NCBI GenBank assembly: GCA_028023455.1
Contig: JAQFVV010000011.1
Span: 4,278,001 to 4,342,000, forward strand
DNA from: Epiperipatus broadwayi
Taxonomy: Eukaryota; Animalia; Onychophora
Direction of reading: 5' to 3'
DNA length: 64,000 nt
Below the pieces are notes generated by a model. The model did not search any database. It was not told where the DNA came from and saw only the letters and a list, made by a program, of their open reading frames with translations. This document shows positions 61,656 to 64,000 of this stretch, one piece after another. The number at the start of each line of letters is the position of its first letter. The first letter of the stretch is position 1. The position numbers and the translations under genes were made by a program.

Positions 61656-63517
61656 GATATTGTAACTCTTCAATTTTTTTTTAAGATATAGGGTAGTAAA
61701 AATTGAATAAATGTAGTCCACTAGTATAATAAAATTCCTGATATGCTAGAGTCAGTTTTTCAAATTTTTGCCTATCAGCAGTACTATCATGCTTAACAGA
61801 CACTGTTATTTATCAAATGGTGAACCAACAGAACTTTTTTGGATGAATAGTTTACATATATTGTAATCAATCCAATATTGTACGAATTTTTCAAATTACA
61901 ATAAATGTTTACATCCATGTATCTTACTATTCTAACTTGTCCATTCATCCGTGGATAAGCTATACTTTTTTCCTTTAAATTTTTAGCTGATTTATTATCT
62001 CCTGGATTATTTCTTTTTTTTTATATTTATAAAATTTCATTATTATTGGTATAACATCTGTGGGGTGGCATGAAAGACTGGAATTTGTGTATTCATATTC
62101 TGTATAATAAATTCACTTTTGGTTATGCTGTTAAAACAAAACCCATCATCTGCTGCCAATTTAGTTATTAATTCAACCAAAATCTATTATGATACAAATT
62201 TCATAATTGCTTCATTATTAATGTAACTATCAAAGCATCTTTTGATTTGCTCGGAACTGTTTCCAGTATTTGGATCATTGTTAAATTTTTCCCATTTTTT
62301 AGTCATGCATAATTTTAAGATATATGTGAATACTAGAACTTTAACATGAAAGAATTTTTTTGACCAAAAGTGTAGGCTGTCAATCACTTATATTACTTTT
62401 CTTTACAAAATATTGCCAACATTTCTTGTCAATTTTCTCATGCTGATAGAATATATTTAAAAAATTAAAAGAAAAAATAAAGTATCAATAAAGATCTAAA
62501 AAATAAGATTTAATGTTCATTTAAATAACTAATACCCATTCTTTCCATCTTTAAGTTTAAAATGTTTTTGTAAGTTGCTATGGGAATATAATCAAAGTAA
62601 AATAATGATTAAAATTATTTATTCAAACTATTTGTTAGATATAATTAAATAAACTGAATGAAAATATCTAGAGAAACAAAAACTAAATGAAAATAATAAT
62701 TTGCATAACACCACTAATGGACATCAAACAAAAATAGTGAGAATTCAAAATTAAATAAATCAATATGATACAATGGGCAAATAACTTATGTCAGTAAAAC
62801 TATTGTTATCTATAATGAATTTTTTTTCTGAACTTCTACTCAGAACAGAAATAACGAAAGCACAAATGATATCGATTGATCACAATATACAGGGGCTTTG
62901 AACAAATCCAAAATTGCTCTGCAGAATTACTTTACGATGGATCTTATACTATTTTCACTTACCGTTGTCATTTTATTTGAAACAAATTTTTATCAGTGCC
63001 ATGCTTATAAAGTAAAATATTGAAATTAATTTTCATAAATTTTATAGAATATTTTTCAGGAATTTGTCAAGTTGTGTAATTTTTTGAGAAATGAGATATC
63101 AAAACTTTACATTTTTTTTTTGAGAAATTCTTGAAAAGAAACACTATGCAAGCAATTTATTATAGGTTTATATTGTTGGTAGATCATATATCTGTATACT
63201 CCTGAGTAAAATTTCAATTGATAATTAAACCCTAAAAATTGCCAACTTTGATTTTCAATTTTGAAATGTTACTAGGGCATAGAATTTTTTTAAAAAATGA
63301 TGTCTAATTCTTGGATTTATTTTTAAAAAAAAGATTATATGTGTTAAATAATATATGGGCATTTTTTTTGATTACATAATCATTTCACACTATACTATAT
63401 TTTAAACATTTGATTGATCCCATTTTTTTTTTAACTGCAGTCTACATATCTGTATGATTTTCTAAACAGATAAGTAACATTACAAATAAGCATGTTTGAT
63501 GCTTTTTCTTTGTTTAG

Positions 63518-63613
63518 TTATCCACCCTTTTTTGATGACAATCCATTTGGTATTTATGAAAAAATTTTAGCTGGTAAAATTGAGTGGCCCCGTCATCTTG
63601 ATCCTGTAGCAAA
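63518..63613 (+). CDS. PRKX: PRKX/Pka-C3-type kinase, coding exon (96 bp)
   Basis: tag|T acceptor; (G)YPPFFDDNPFGIYEKILAGKIEWPRHLDPVA(K); AA|gtaagt donor. DDNPFGIY and PRHLD are PRKX-type signatures. Confidence 0.96.
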
Positions 63614-63950
63614 GTAAGTAGAATTTTTTTTTTAATCTTTATATTTCATTATGACATTATCCTCTGCCATTCTAAATATTAATATAAAAAATACTAAAAC
63701 AATATTTAAATATAAAATTTAGAAAGATTTATTGTACCAAATATACTTACAAGGTTTTTGCTTTATATTCAAGATTAGTCTTGGCTAATCATGAATATGA
63801 TGCGAAAGCGTTAAATGTATACTTGATATAATAAATCATGCGAAAGTGTTGAAAGTATACTTGGTATAATTAATCTTTCTAAATTTTATATTTAAACTCT
63901 GTTTTCATATTTTTTACATTAATATAGCTATATATATATATTATGTAACC

Positions 63951-64000
63951 CAGGGGTCCCCAACCCTATGCCCGCGGGCACCATGGCGCCCGCAGACCAT
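63951..64000. mobile_element. Left end of a young hAT element or MITE (truncated by window end)
   Basis: CAGGGGTCCCCAACC terminus typical of Charlie/Buster hATs; GC- and CpG-rich against an AT-rich background. Confidence 0.7.

Larger units (their letters stand above)
60400..62500 (-). mobile_element. Decayed hAT transposase, interrupted by a family A fold-back
   Basis: Minus frames give LVELITKLAADDGFCFNSITKSEFI, KYSLSTDEWTS..RYMDVNIY (first catalytic Asp motif) and ETIEDIQKIVKAFK..RNGVL; TIRs not identified. Confidence 0.7.

Overview
AT-rich eukaryotic (animal, plausibly arthropod; organism not determinable here) genomic DNA. The only host gene I can support is a PRKX / Pka-C3-type cAMP-dependent protein kinase on the + strand. 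Four internal coding exons are visible (29224-29392, 29475-29738, 56291-56410, 63518-63613); the first and last exons were not found. The rest is intron or intergenic DNA full of decayed transposons: Merlin, several hATs, mariner, RTE-like LINEs and two Penelope remnants with GIY-YIG endonuclease. The most striking content is about 20 short non-coding insertions from at least five sequence families (labelled A, B, C, D, F here), each carrying a minimal hammerhead-ribozyme (HHR) motif, most with a palindromic stem III. Most are fold-back (inverted-arm) insertions with 10-16 bp AT-rich target-site duplications (TSDs). They share one asymmetry: the long arm ends flush at the TSD, while the short inverted arm carries an extra tail. 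Two families show circular permutation of a ~365 or ~430 nt monomer, as expected for retrozyme-like tandem or circular RNA templates mobilised by Penelope-like elements. One family has a tRNA-like segment just upstream of its HHR and is physically attached to a Penelope ORF. Family B carries a U3:A8 covariant of the catalytic core. All calls come from reading, translating and folding by eye; no ribozyme activity is demonstrated.
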